A stretch of DNA of 64,000 nucleotides from Bdellovibrionales bacterium. GTDB lineage: Bacteria > Bdellovibrionota > Bdellovibrionia > Bdellovibrionales > UBA1609. Position numbers and translations under genes: made by a program. The notes under the pieces were generated by a model. That model was not told the origin of the DNA. It worked only from the letters and a program-made list of their open reading frames with translations, and searched no databases. Below are positions 40,064 through 50,329 of the stretch, one piece after another (position 1 is the stretch's first letter; each line of letters opens with the position of its first letter). The DNA is taken from NCBI GenBank assembly GCA_965261545.1, contig CBDHDF010000002.1, positions 736,001 to 800,000 of the forward strand, given 5' to 3'.

Positions 40064-41266
40064 ATGTCAACAGTTGCAAAGCCACAAAACTGGATGATGA
40101 GTCATAAATTTAAGTACACATGTGTGAGCATGATGTTCATTGGAGTGGTGGCCTTTGCACTGTCCATGGCCACAGATTCCACAAGGGCCTGGCATGCCTA
40201 TATGTTGGGTTTTTTCTATACGACCTCACTGGCTGTGGGGGGATTGTTTTTTACAGCTGTTCAGCATGCCGCCAATGTGGGCTGGAGTGTCAATATACGT
40301 CGCTTTTGCGAATCTTATACAGCCTTTTTGCCTCACTGCATGGTGGCCGCCGTGGTGTTCCTCCTTGGTGTGGTTTTCATGGGTGTTGATGTTTACGATT
40401 GGCTCAATCCCCAACTGGTGGCTCAAGATCATCTTCTAAAACACAAGGCCCCCTATTTGAATGGAACATTCTTTATCATTCGAACCCTTCTCTTCTTTGG
40501 CCTTTGGGTTTTCTTTGCAAAAAAGATCGTGGGCCACTCTTTAAAGCAAGACAATGATGGCAACTCCATTTGGACAAAAAAGAATGTGCCTCTTTCTGTG
40601 GGTTTTCTTTTGATATTTGCCCTTTCCTACTCTTTGTTTTCCATTGATATTCTCATGAGTCTTGAACCCCATTGGTTTAGCACGATCTTTGGTGTTTACA
40701 CATTTGCAGGTTTATTTCAAACGACCATAGCCTCCATGATCTTGTGGATATTTTATCTTCGTGGTCAAGGGCTGCTCAATGGCTATGTGGATGAGAATCA
40801 TATTCACGATTTGGGTAAGTTCCTCTTTGCATTCACTGTTTTTTGGGCCTACATTGCCTTTTCCCAATACATGTTGATTTGGTATGCCAACCTTCCTGAA
40901 GAAACCATCTTTTTTATGCCACGAAGTCATGGATCTTGGGTATGGGTTTCTATAGCTCTTATTATCTTTAAGTTTATTGTGCCATTTTTGGCCCTACTGT
41001 CGAGGCGAGCCAAGCGAAATCCAGCTATGCTTGGGGCTGTGGCCGTACTCATTTTAATCATGCAATTTGTGGATCTCTACTGGTTGATTTACCCCAATTT
41101 AAATCGAGAGCACAGTATGGTGTTTGGTTTTACAGAGGTGGCTGTTTTCTTGGGTTTTATGGGTGGTTTTGCTTTGGTGGTGGCAAGGTTTTTGAGCAAA
41201 AATCCCCTTGTGCCCTATCGAGACCCAAGGATACATGAGTCTATCCACCACCATGTGACCTACTGA
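40064..41266 (+). CDS. actF: Alternative complex III subunit ActF
   Basis: Multi-TM; MSLEPHWFST, HDLGK and FSQYMLIWYANLPEE. Confidence 0.92.
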   Translation: MSTVAKPQNWMMSHKFKYTCVSMMFIGVVAFALSMATDSTRAWHAYMLGFFYTTSLAVGGLFFTAVQHAANVGWSVNIRRFCESYTAFLPHCMVAAVVFLLGVVFMGVDVYDWLNPQLVAQDHLLKHKAPYLNGTFFIIRTLLFFGLWVFFAKKIVGHSLKQDNDGNSIWTKKNVPLSVGFLLIFALSYSLFSIDILMSLEPHWFSTIFGVYTFAGLFQTTIASMILWIFYLRGQGLLNGYVDENHIHDLGKFLFAFTVFWAYIAFSQYMLIWYANLPEETIFFMPRSHGSWVWVSIALIIFKFIVPFLALLSRRAKRNPAMLGAVAVLILIMQFVDLYWLIYPNLNREHSMVFGFTEVAVFLGFMGGFALVVARFLSKNPLVPYRDPRIHESIHHHVTY

Positions 41267-41272
41267 TGATCG

Positions 41273-41938
41273 ATGAAAATGATTGATGAACTTATCTCTA
41301 AAAATAAAATGTGGTCAGAAGGAGTCCAGAGGCAAGACCCTCACTTTTTTCAAAACTTGTCCAAGGGGCAATCCCCCTCCATTTTTTGGATAGGTTGTTG
41401 CGATTCAAGAGTGATTCCCACTGAGATTTTTAATATGTCCCTTGGTGATTTTTTCATCCACACCAATATTGCCAATCAGTTTCATGGAGATGATATCAAT
41501 GCCATGGGGGCTCTTGAGTATGCGGTGAACAATCTTGGGGTGAGTCATGTGATTGTTTGTGGCCATACACAGTGTGGTGGCATTCAGCAGGCTCTTTTGG
41601 GATCCAAAGATCTTTCAGAGCCCCTTCAAAAATGGATAGCTCCCATTGAAGAACTAAAATTTTTTTTAGGCAAAGATTCAGAAGAGAACTCTGATGGAAG
41701 CTCTGGTAAAAATTCTAGACAAAATTTTGGTGAAAGCTCCGATGAGAACTCTGGTGAAAGCCCCATTGTTTTAAGTGAAATGAATATAAAACGTCAGGTC
41801 GAAGTTATAAGTCAATGCAAGTTGATAAAGGCCCTGTGGGAAAAAGAAAAGGGGCCTGAAATTCATGGCTGGCTATTTCAAGTGGAAACCGGTCTTATTA
41901 AGAAAATTTGCAGAGCCTTTCCACTTGAAGGAGAGTGA
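41273..41938 (+). CDS. can: Beta-class carbonic anhydrase
   Basis: WIGCCDSRV and VCGHTQCGG zinc ligands. Confidence 0.92.
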   Translation: MKMIDELISKNKMWSEGVQRQDPHFFQNLSKGQSPSIFWIGCCDSRVIPTEIFNMSLGDFFIHTNIANQFHGDDINAMGALEYAVNNLGVSHVIVCGHTQCGGIQQALLGSKDLSEPLQKWIAPIEELKFFLGKDSEENSDGSSGKNSRQNFGESSDENSGESPIVLSEMNIKRQVEVISQCKLIKALWEKEKGPEIHGWLFQVETGLIKKICRAFPLEGE

Positions 41939-41976
41939 GAATTTTGGATTTACCTAAGTTTTAAAATCCTGGATTT

Positions 41977-43356
41977 TTATTTTTCTCCTCCATCGTGAAT
42001 ACTCCATCCTTTATCCTCTAAGCTTGCACGGGCCAATGCCGCACTGGAGTTATACCCCTCTGTCATGCGAATAGATTTCCTCATATTAGGGTTCACAGGT
42101 GTGGTTTCGTCGAGACTTATTAAAAATTTTGAATAATTTTCAGTAGATATATTTGATGATTGAATAATATTATTCATATTTTTGACGTTTGTAAAGTCCC
42201 ATCCACTCATATCTGGGTTGGCTTGGATAGAATAGACAAACATAGCTTGCATATTGGTGACTTTGGAAGTATCCCAACCACTTGTATCTGGGTTTGCTTC
42301 AATGGCATCAGAAAACATTATTTCCATATTGGTGACTTTAGAAGTGTCCCATCCAGATGTATCTGGATTTGCCTGAAGTGCAAGTTCAAACATACCACTC
42401 ATGTCTGTGACCTTGGAAGTATTCCACCTACTTGTATCTGGGTTCGCTACGCTTGAGGTAGAAAACATAAATGACATGTTCGTCACATTGGAAGTGTCCC
42501 ATTCACTTGTATCTGGGTTTGATTTAGGTGTGTTAAAAAACATCTGTGACATATTGGTGACACTTGATGTATCTCCTCCAGAAATATTTTCTAGAAAAAG
42601 ATTATTCCAAAAACCCTTAGATAAGTCTTTCCATCCTACATTTCCCAGATTGACAACTTCAATCAAAAGACGATTGAAGGGCTCTATGGTATTTTGAAAT
42701 CCCTCACAAGTTCCTTGAATCATTATTGTATATGTTCCTGACGTTGCATAAATGTGAAACTTGTCCACATCATCAAAAGATGTTATCTCACTTATAGGGG
42801 TTCCATCTCCCCAATCAATATTAAAATTATATACCAATACTGATTTTTCATCTGTCTTAAGAGGAAGAGTGAACTTATAATTATCACTTGGAATTTCCCA
42901 TTTTGTTACAAAGTTATTAATATCTCCTTCTACGTTGAAAGTTTTGGTGTCACTACCATGAGTAAATGTGACTGAGAAACTTTCTGATATGCTTTCCATC
43001 ATTTCCATGTTCATATTCATCTCTCCTTCAAATTTATTGGATATGCAAGGTAATTTTGTCGTAACTTCTTCAGAACTTCCCTGCATAGATACCAATACAT
43101 CTTCTCTCAAATTTGAATTACATGTTCCTGAAACAGGGTAAGATTTTGAATTGTATGAAATAATAGGAGATAATTTGCTATCCAATGAAGCTGAATTTGC
43201 GATATTTTTTTTATTCTTGATACCATTTGATTGACTTGTTTCTTTGATGTTATTGCCATTTTCCTTGCATCCCAAGAGGGATACTAGAAACAAAACAATA
43301 AAAAATTTTATTCTAAGACAATTATTTATTTTAAATTCTTTATATTTTTCTTTCAT
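41977..43356 (-). CDS. BspA-like/DUF285-repeat surface lipoprotein (paralog 3, 5 repeats)
   Basis: Lipobox LLGC, DWGDG, five 25-aa repeats and GWSIHDGG; AT-rich. Confidence 0.87.
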   Translation of the reverse strand: MKEKYKEFKINNCLRIKFFIVLFLVSLLGCKENGNNIKETSQSNGIKNKKNIANSASLDSKLSPIISYNSKSYPVSGTCNSNLREDVLVSMQGSSEEVTTKLPCISNKFEGEMNMNMEMMESISESFSVTFTHGSDTKTFNVEGDINNFVTKWEIPSDNYKFTLPLKTDEKSVLVYNFNIDWGDGTPISEITSFDDVDKFHIYATSGTYTIMIQGTCEGFQNTIEPFNRLLIEVVNLGNVGWKDLSKGFWNNLFLENISGGDTSSVTNMSQMFFNTPKSNPDTSEWDTSNVTNMSFMFSTSSVANPDTSRWNTSKVTDMSGMFELALQANPDTSGWDTSKVTNMEIMFSDAIEANPDTSGWDTSKVTNMQAMFVYSIQANPDMSGWDFTNVKNMNNIIQSSNISTENYSKFLISLDETTPVNPNMRKSIRMTEGYNSSAALARASLEDKGWSIHDGGEK

Positions 43357-43622
43357 ACGTTATATCCTTTGTTGGTTTTTAATAATTGTTCATTATTAAA
43401 TAATTCGGTCGAATGTATATAAAATATAATAAATTTAGATTAAAAAAATATATAAATATTTATCTTCTTATTATGATATCAATAAGTGTAAAAAATATGT
43501 TTATTTATCCTAATTTTCGTCTCTCAATAGTCATAATGGAAGAAATGGATAGTGTAAAATCTCAAATTTATTATATCTAATGAATGCGGCAATCCTGAAT
43601 AGATACAACGGTTTTATTTACA

Positions 43623-44153
43623 TTATAAGAGAAGCTTTCGTAGCTCATCCTGACTATATATATAGTCGGCATAGACCATGGTGTTTGTAATACTTCGGTG
43701 CCCAAGAGCCACTTGAACAAGTCTCAGATCCTTGGTTTTCTTGTAAAGACCAATGGCAAAAGTATGTCTTAGACTATGGAATTTTTTAGTCACGGGTCTA
43801 TAGCGTTCCCATATTTGCCTCAAGCGACTGTAACTCATGGGAAAAGGTCGCTCCTCTTTTGGATTCAAATCTTGAAGGCGAGCAAAAAGCCAACTTGGTA
43901 TAGGGAGTTCTCGATCGTTGCTTCCCTTAAGTCCCTTGATAAAAACAGTTTCTTCATAAGAATTCATGTCATTGGAAGCTATATTCAATAACTCCATGGC
44001 CCGAGCCCCTGTGCGAAGGGCTAGAAATAAAAGTGTGGTGTTTCTAGGGTCAGAATCAAGATGGCGTTTGAGAATAAACTCCAATCGCTCCAACTCAGGA
44101 GGGAGAAGATATTTGTTCTTGTTGAGTGAATAGGGTTTAGCTTTTAACGCCAT
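43623..44153 (-). CDS. Small tyrosine recombinase (catalytic domain only)
   Basis: TGAR..E, K, HSLRH and LGH...Y catalytic residues in about 176 aa. Confidence 0.88.
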   Translation of the reverse strand: MALKAKPYSLNKNKYLLPPELERLEFILKRHLDSDPRNTTLLFLALRTGARAMELLNIASNDMNSYEETVFIKGLKGSNDRELPIPSWLFARLQDLNPKEERPFPMSYSRLRQIWERYRPVTKKFHSLRHTFAIGLYKKTKDLRLVQVALGHRSITNTMVYADYIYSQDELRKLLL

Positions 44154-44198
44154 GCGTATGTCTCCCGACTGGAATACATTCAAATATTTATACTACAA

Positions 44199-45647
44199 TT
44201 GCCTAGTTATGCTAAAATCGTACAGGACAGACAGAATTATGTCATTCATCACCGTAACGTTATTAAATGGAAAAAAGAGAAGAGCCTTCAAGCCTGTGAG
44301 AAGAATTGTGTGATTTACCAGAAAATATTGTCAGTGAGATTTTTAATTTTCTTTTTGGGAATCTATCATCTCTCGCTCCAAATGGTATTGGTTCAAACAG
44401 CCTCGGCCCAAACTGTGTCTACTATTTGTGGAGTCGGCCTTCACCCCCTTGTGGAGATGTCTGATCAGGGCCAAGGACAATCCCAGATTCAGATGCTTAA
44501 TATTTTTGGTCCTGGAGGTCAAATCTTGGCCCAAGTGATGAACGGTGAAACGCACTATTTACTTGCTGACCATGGGCGCTCCACGAGAGTTGTTTGCAAA
44601 GAAGACAATAGCCCACTGGGAAATTTTGACTACACTCCCTACGGAGAGACAAGCTTTACGGGTGATGTGGATTCTGTAACTTATCGTTACACCGGCCAAC
44701 CCGTGAATTTTGGACTCAATAGCTATCATTTTCACCACAGAGAATACGACCCAGGTATCCTTCGATTCACAAGCATCGACCCCGCCAGGTACAATGAATC
44801 TCCTTATATTTACAGCAACAGTAGCCCCACCAGTTTTATGGATCCTACGGGGGGGCAGCCGACATATATCACTCTTTGGCTTAGTCAGAATGTAGGAGAG
44901 CTTTTAAACCCCGACAAATTATTTGTAAGTCAGTATAATTCTTCTGTATTACCAGGCCACGAAGGTACCCCTACACAAATCTTGCATGAAGAACTTACAT
45001 TAAATAATCGTGGTTATGGTTCAAAAGGGAGTATATTTTCTGAGGACAGTCGTCTAGGAACAATTATAGTCAGTGCTCATGGAGGTGCCCATGGGGTAGA
45101 TGTAGGTGAGGGACAATATATGAATCCAAAGAAGTTCTTTGAGCATTTGTTTCGACGTGTCATGGAAATAGATCCATTGGGAGTGGAGCAGGTAGATAGC
45201 ATTACGTTATTTTCATGTAAGCTAGGTTGCTCACATGATGGAAAACCGAGTTTTGCAAGTAGCTTCCTGGCTGAAAACGTAAAAGGAAAAGAAGGAGAAA
45301 GCTATTTTCCAAATTTGGAACGGGTTGTGAGTTCCCCCTACGGGATAGATGCAAGTAAGAGTCTCTCAAGCAGAAATCTTGTAAAGTTATTCTTTAGAAC
45401 GGACCGAAAGAGGAATCCACAAAAAGAAGATGGTTATGGTGATTATTATGCAGATCAAGTTAAGATTGAGCTAGATCCAGTTCAATTCTTACGGGGGCAT
45501 GGATCCACAGCAAGAGTAAGGGAAAGTGATAGGTTCGATAGATATTATTTTCAAACACTTGAGAGACAAAAACCAGACGATATAGAGGAGCTTGAGGGCA
45601 ACAATCCTTTTTCTTCTGTGGAGCCGTTCATAGAAAGTTCTTTATGA
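44199..45647 (+). CDS. Short RHS-core protein with signal peptide and C-terminal putative cysteine protease domain (copy 1)
   Basis: Signal ending TASA-Q; RHS core YTPYGE, YRYTGQ, REYDP, PTSFMDPTG; tip IVSAHG...LFSC. The true start is probably near 44310-44334. Confidence 0.75.
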   Translation: MPSYAKIVQDRQNYVIHHRNVIKWKKEKSLQACEKNCVIYQKILSVRFLIFFLGIYHLSLQMVLVQTASAQTVSTICGVGLHPLVEMSDQGQGQSQIQMLNIFGPGGQILAQVMNGETHYLLADHGRSTRVVCKEDNSPLGNFDYTPYGETSFTGDVDSVTYRYTGQPVNFGLNSYHFHHREYDPGILRFTSIDPARYNESPYIYSNSSPTSFMDPTGGQPTYITLWLSQNVGELLNPDKLFVSQYNSSVLPGHEGTPTQILHEELTLNNRGYGSKGSIFSEDSRLGTIIVSAHGGAHGVDVGEGQYMNPKKFFEHLFRRVMEIDPLGVEQVDSITLFSCKLGCSHDGKPSFASSFLAENVKGKEGESYFPNLERVVSSPYGIDASKSLSSRNLVKLFFRTDRKRNPQKEDGYGDYYADQVKIELDPVQFLRGHGSTARVRESDRFDRYYFQTLERQKPDDIEELEGNNPFSSVEPFIESSL

Positions 45648-47041
45648 CTAAGCAGAAAGGTGATATTAAAATTTTTGGATATGTTTTAAGATTCTTAATT
45701 TTCTTTTTTTGGGCATATTATCTCTCGGTCCAAATAGTATTGGTTCAAACAGCTTCGGCTCAAACTGTATCTGCTATTTATGGGTCCGGCCTTCATCCCC
45801 TTGTCGAAATTTCTGATCAGGGCCAGGCACAACCCCAAATCCAGAGGCTTAATATTTTTGGCCCTGGAGGCCAAATCTTGGCTCAAGTGGTAAATGGTGA
45901 AACGCACTATTTACTTGCTGACCATGGGCGCTCCACGAGGGTTGTTTGCAAAGAAGACAATAGCCCACTGGGAAATTTTGACTACACTCCCTACGGAGAG
46001 ACAAGCTTTACGGGTGATGTGGATTCTGTAACTTATCGTTACACTGGCCAACCCGTGAACTCTGGACTCAATAGCTATCATTTTCACCACAGAGAATACG
46101 ACCCAGGTATCCTTCGGTTCACAAGTATCGACCCCGCCAGGTACAATGAATCTCCTTATATTTACAGCAACAGTAGCCCCACCAGTTTTATGGATCTCAC
46201 AGGGGGACAACCACAATATCTCACCCTTTGGTTGAGTCAAAGAATGAACCCTTTGAGCCGTCGGGGGGATGGTGTTGATGACCATCTGTATTTTCACGAC
46301 ATGCGCTTTGCTGGTAATTATAGTTCTTCTGTCGAAGGCTATCCTAAAGGAATCGTGTTTGGTGATCTTGCATTAGCTGGTACAAACCCAGGTACACGTG
46401 GAGCCGTATTTTCTGATGAGGTTCGTTTGGGATCAATTGTAGTCAGCGCTCATGGAAACTCCAGAGAGATAATAATTGATTCACAAAAAGGCTTGGGGCC
46501 AAAGGAGTTCTTTGATCATTTACTTCATCGTGTGGAAGAAATAGATCCACTGGGAGTAGAGCAGGTAAATAGCATTACTCTTTTTTCATGTCATTCAGGT
46601 TGTTTGAGGAGGGGCCAACCTTCTTTTGCTGATCGTTTTTTGAGCGAAATTCCAAGGAGGGTATCTGCAGGCGAGCCAGGCGAGCCTTATTTCCCAAAAT
46701 TAGATCGTGTTACGAGTTCCCCCTATGGAATGGCTTTTCTCGACGATGGAGCCTTAAGCAAGAATCGCATGTTTATGGAATTCTCCACAGCCCTAAAATT
46801 CAGTCGACAAAGCGGGTCTTATTTTATGGACGTCATGAAGACCACATTAGATACAGGCAAATTTTTAAGTGGTGACGGGCTCTTTGCAACAATGAGTGTA
46901 TATTCCGTCGCATTTAGAAATTATTTTAATACACGTGGTTCAAGGCGACCAGTTCATTCAAAGCTTCTCTTCGATGAGCCAAAAGACGACTCTGGTGAGC
47001 TTTCTTTTCCCACTTTTTTTCTAAAAGAAAGTTCTTTGTAA
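45644..47041 (+). CDS. Short RHS-core protein with signal peptide and C-terminal putative cysteine protease domain (copy 2)
   Basis: Same architecture with PTSFMDLTG and VVSAHG...LFSC; ATGA overlap with copy 1. Confidence 0.78.
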   Translation: MTKQKGDIKIFGYVLRFLIFFFWAYYLSVQIVLVQTASAQTVSAIYGSGLHPLVEISDQGQAQPQIQRLNIFGPGGQILAQVVNGETHYLLADHGRSTRVVCKEDNSPLGNFDYTPYGETSFTGDVDSVTYRYTGQPVNSGLNSYHFHHREYDPGILRFTSIDPARYNESPYIYSNSSPTSFMDLTGGQPQYLTLWLSQRMNPLSRRGDGVDDHLYFHDMRFAGNYSSSVEGYPKGIVFGDLALAGTNPGTRGAVFSDEVRLGSIVVSAHGNSREIIIDSQKGLGPKEFFDHLLHRVEEIDPLGVEQVNSITLFSCHSGCLRRGQPSFADRFLSEIPRRVSAGEPGEPYFPKLDRVTSSPYGMAFLDDGALSKNRMFMEFSTALKFSRQSGSYFMDVMKTTLDTGKFLSGDGLFATMSVYSVAFRNYFNTRGSRRPVHSKLLFDEPKDDSGELSFPTFFLKESSL

Positions 47042-47119
47042 TTGCGTGCGACATTGTGGGACTCTCGTATTGGGTCATAAGTAAACGACACCAAGGAGCG
47101 GTTTGTCATTTTGCTCATC

Positions 47120-47355
47120 TTATGCCACCTCCTTGATATTTTCCTGTCGTACTAATTTGAAAAACTCTTTAAGTTTTAGTTCAAGTCCCCTCTTTAGCTC
47201 AAAGGGGTTGAGTTCAGCTTTACGCCTCCTCAGTGCTTCATCCTCCTCATGGTTTAATACCCCACTTTCAATAACTCTCTGATAGGGAGTCTTAGGGGTG
47301 CCATACTTTTTCTTGATTCTGGCTCCCACTCGTACCTTTTCCTGAAGTTTAAATG
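47120..47355 (-). pseudogene. Outer-IS transposase, C-terminal fragment
   Basis: FKLQEKVRVGARIKKKYGTPKTPYQRV...LNPFEL joins in frame to NFFLPT at 58344. Confidence 0.85.
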
Positions 47356-47503
47356 GAGGTGGAGAATAAAAATCTCCGAATATCCAATAATTTCAATAGG
47401 TTATACAAACCTATTTAGCAATGATTAGCAAATTTAAGAAATGTTGAGAAATGCCAAAGGCACCTCTCAACTGAAGAATTATTTTACTGTTTCATAGATG
47501 TTC

Positions 47504-48667
47504 TTAACCTTGCGCCAAAGGAAAGTCGATCACATTGTTTTTAGGAACGAGAGAGTCAATAGTTGGAATCACTTGCAACACCTCTGTTGCGCCTTTGACC
47601 TCAACCCCAGCAAGCCGAAGGTAGATCTGGAAAGTCTTAATGTCTCTCCAGCCACCGATTTTCATAACGGTGGCTTGATTTACCCCATGAGCTAACATGT
47701 GAGTCGCAAAGCAAGCCCTGAGTGTGTGAAATACAACATGTTGATTTATGTTATATTTCTTTAGAAATGCTCTCAAAACCTTTCCAGCTTCACCATTGGT
47801 CCATGTCCCATGCCTTGGAAGGACAAAGCCTTCAGGGTCACAGTGACCATCTTTCTGAAGCTCGGTGATAATCTTCAAAAGGTCACTGGAAATGGGTACG
47901 TTTCGCCAGTAACCAGCTTTAGTGCATTTTATCACTCGCTTACGATGGCTGTAGGACTTGGAGACCAATATTGTTTGTCGATCAAAATCAATATCCTTCC
48001 ACTGCAATGCCTTCAATTCGCCACTTCTCATTCCAGTAAGAAATGCAAAAGACCAAATATGATACCAAGGATGCTGCTCTTCTTTAGCTCCTTTGAGAAG
48101 AGTTTTAATCTCTTCTAAGGTGAGAATCTTAGGAACCTTCTCCGCCTTGTCTGAAACATTAACTCCCTCAGTAGGGCTTGAGTGAACACCAACGACCAGC
48201 TTTTCCTCAATAGCCCACTTGAAGACTACATTTACAGAGGATTTGATTTTTTTTAGTGAACCTTCCTTGCCTCCACTTTCTTTCGCCTGACTCAAGACAA
48301 GTCTTCCATCCCCCTTAGTGAGTTCGGAAGCCACGCAGTCAAGCCAAAGCTTTGTATAATGGAGCAGTCGGTTTACATGGTCCTTGATGTAATGGGGGTC
48401 TTTTTGTTTATCTCCGAGAAGTCCTTGCAAAGCATAGGTTTCCCAGCGATAAATGACATCCCTCCATTTCAGCCCTCGTCCTTCGATCTTATTGATCTCA
48501 TCTGAAACAGCTCTAATAAGCCTTTTCTCTTCTTTGCACGCATCCTTAAGAGTCTCTATATTAAATTTATTCTTTTGGACCCTTATAGAAGTGTCTACCT
48601 TTCCTCGCCCCTGAACATAGACTCGGAAAAGCTGTTTTCCATTTTTTTCATAAGTTAAAATTGCCAT
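47504..48667 (-). CDS. Phage-type tyrosine integrase
   Basis: TGMRSGE, K, FHTLR and GW...Y catalytic set in 387 aa. Confidence 0.92.
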   Translation of the reverse strand: MAILTYEKNGKQLFRVYVQGRGKVDTSIRVQKNKFNIETLKDACKEEKRLIRAVSDEINKIEGRGLKWRDVIYRWETYALQGLLGDKQKDPHYIKDHVNRLLHYTKLWLDCVASELTKGDGRLVLSQAKESGGKEGSLKKIKSSVNVVFKWAIEEKLVVGVHSSPTEGVNVSDKAEKVPKILTLEEIKTLLKGAKEEQHPWYHIWSFAFLTGMRSGELKALQWKDIDFDRQTILVSKSYSHRKRVIKCTKAGYWRNVPISSDLLKIITELQKDGHCDPEGFVLPRHGTWTNGEAGKVLRAFLKKYNINQHVVFHTLRACFATHMLAHGVNQATVMKIGGWRDIKTFQIYLRLAGVEVKGATEVLQVIPTIDSLVPKNNVIDFPLAQG

Positions 48668-48858
48668 TTGTAACCTCCCATATGTTGTGAGGTTTCAATG
48701 AGCATATCCAACTCTTCTCTTTTGAAATACAGCCTTCGCCTAAACTTTCTTGCCCTCAAAATTCTGCGATATACCAGAATCCTGATGGCATTAACGCTTT
48801 TGCGAAGATAGCGTGCAGTTTCTTCAGTTGTTAACCAAGCTAAATTGTCAAAGAGCAT
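48655..48858 (-). CDS. Excisionase-like HTH_17 protein
   Basis: WLTTEETARYLR...RRLYFKREELD; overlaps the int start. Confidence 0.8.
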   Translation of the reverse strand: MLFDNLAWLTTEETARYLRKSVNAIRILVYRRILRARKFRRRLYFKREELDMLIETSQHMGGYKWQF

Positions 48859-49181
48859 ATCAAAGTCGCAAGTCCGTTACTTATCTCGTGACTTATTTTT
48901 AACTTACACTCTGATCCCTGCCATCTTCTTCCTGGCAGTTGTTTGCAATAATATCAATCACTTCTTTACTAGACAAGTTATAAGTTAAGAAAAATCGAAA
49001 GAATTAGCTCCATGAAGAGCACATGGGAAGCCGATTTGCCACAAAATATAAAATGGATTTTGTGACAAATACTGATCGAAAACCTTCATTTGAAGAAGCC
49101 AGCAACAGAAGGGATTTCCTTTTGAGTTATGAACAAGGGAAATTCTGAAATAGTGTTTTTAGAGCATTTAAGGAGTTTTTG

Positions 49182-50147
49182 TCATTTTTCTGAGAGTTCC
49201 TTCACTTCTTTGGAAGTAAGCCCAGTACATAGACAAATCGTTTTTGCCTCAAAGCCATTTTGAATCATTCGTAACGCTGTTTCTTCGCGGCTCTTTTTAA
49301 TGCCCTTAATACCCTCTTCACGGCCCTTCTTAAGGCCCTTTCTCATTCCCTTTTCCTCAGCTTCATCCAAAGAACATTGCAATGCTGACATAACTCTTTG
49401 CTCCTCCTCGATACTTTCTTTTTCAATCTTACTGAGTATGTTTAAAGTGAAATCTGAATCGTTTCGGTGGATATAATCCACCGCCTTTTGAATAAGGAAC
49501 TTTTGATCCTTCTCACCCAAGTTTGTACCCATCTGAAACAGCTCCACAATGGTCTCATGGCGAAGCTTCCAGATACTACTCATTATAAGCAAAATCGGCC
49601 TAGAAAGCAAATTTCTGCCAACTCCACGATAAAGATTTATATCATGGATATTCAACAACTTACAACGAAAATTGAGGATATTCTTCCCAAATTTCTGTCT
49701 TAAAACGGGAGTGAGCCCATCCAGAGAATCTTGAAAATTCAGGGGACCCCTCCAGTGTTTTTGTCGTCCGTGATAGACCAGTATGGGAATGACCGGATAA
49801 TTCCAGCGATTGTAAACAAGGGTCTGGTACCTCAGAATTTGTTGGAGAACTTGAGAATCCTGATGACTTTTGTGTTCGAGCAGAAAAAAAAGACGTACCC
49901 GTTTTTGGGACCCCTTGACTTGAACTGAGAATAAAAGGTCAATGCGCCGCTCATTGCCCTCTTCATCTGTAAAGACAGTTATTTCTGGTTTGAGAGTTTT
50001 CCAGTTAAAGAGCTTAAACTCCTGTGTCGTCAAGACAAGACGGAAAATGTCTAGGCAATATCTCTCATTCAGGAAAGTTTCATTGAATAGAGCATTATGG
50101 GACTGAGACTGTTGTTTTCTTTTTTCTGAGGTTTTCTTTGATGGCAA
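49182..50147 (-). CDS. Rpn family recombination-promoting nuclease / putative transposase (PD-(D/E)XK)
   Basis: RIDLLF, LLEHKS, PVIPILVYHG and a C-terminal EKG..KG..EG...I..CTGL tail. Confidence 0.88.
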   Translation of the reverse strand: MPSKKTSEKRKQQSQSHNALFNETFLNERYCLDIFRLVLTTQEFKLFNWKTLKPEITVFTDEEGNERRIDLLFSVQVKGSQKRVRLFFLLEHKSHQDSQVLQQILRYQTLVYNRWNYPVIPILVYHGRQKHWRGPLNFQDSLDGLTPVLRQKFGKNILNFRCKLLNIHDINLYRGVGRNLLSRPILLIMSSIWKLRHETIVELFQMGTNLGEKDQKFLIQKAVDYIHRNDSDFTLNILSKIEKESIEEEQRVMSALQCSLDEAEEKGMRKGLKKGREEGIKGIKKSREETALRMIQNGFEAKTICLCTGLTSKEVKELSEK

Positions 50148-50329
50148 TGTCAGTGGAGTCCTCGCAAAGTCTAGAAATTCAAGTTTGTACTATTTTGTGT
50201 CGACAATGACTCAGTGACATAAGTAAAGTCAAGTAGGTAGGCTTGAGTCAATGAGACTAAGGTTGGTTCAGATAGTGGGTGAGTTTATGGCTTCAAGTCA
50301 ATGGCTAAAGAGGGCAAGAGTTAAGTAAA

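Noticed and set aside
33586..41266. Alternative complex III operon as a novel system
   Set aside because: It is a well-described actABCDEF arrangement. The absence of an adjacent oxidase operon cannot be interpreted from one window.
43623..47041. Small tyrosine recombinase next to two RHS genes as a shufflon
   Set aside because: The RHS genes are complete and in direct orientation, and I found no inverted recombination sites. The adjacency may be incidental.
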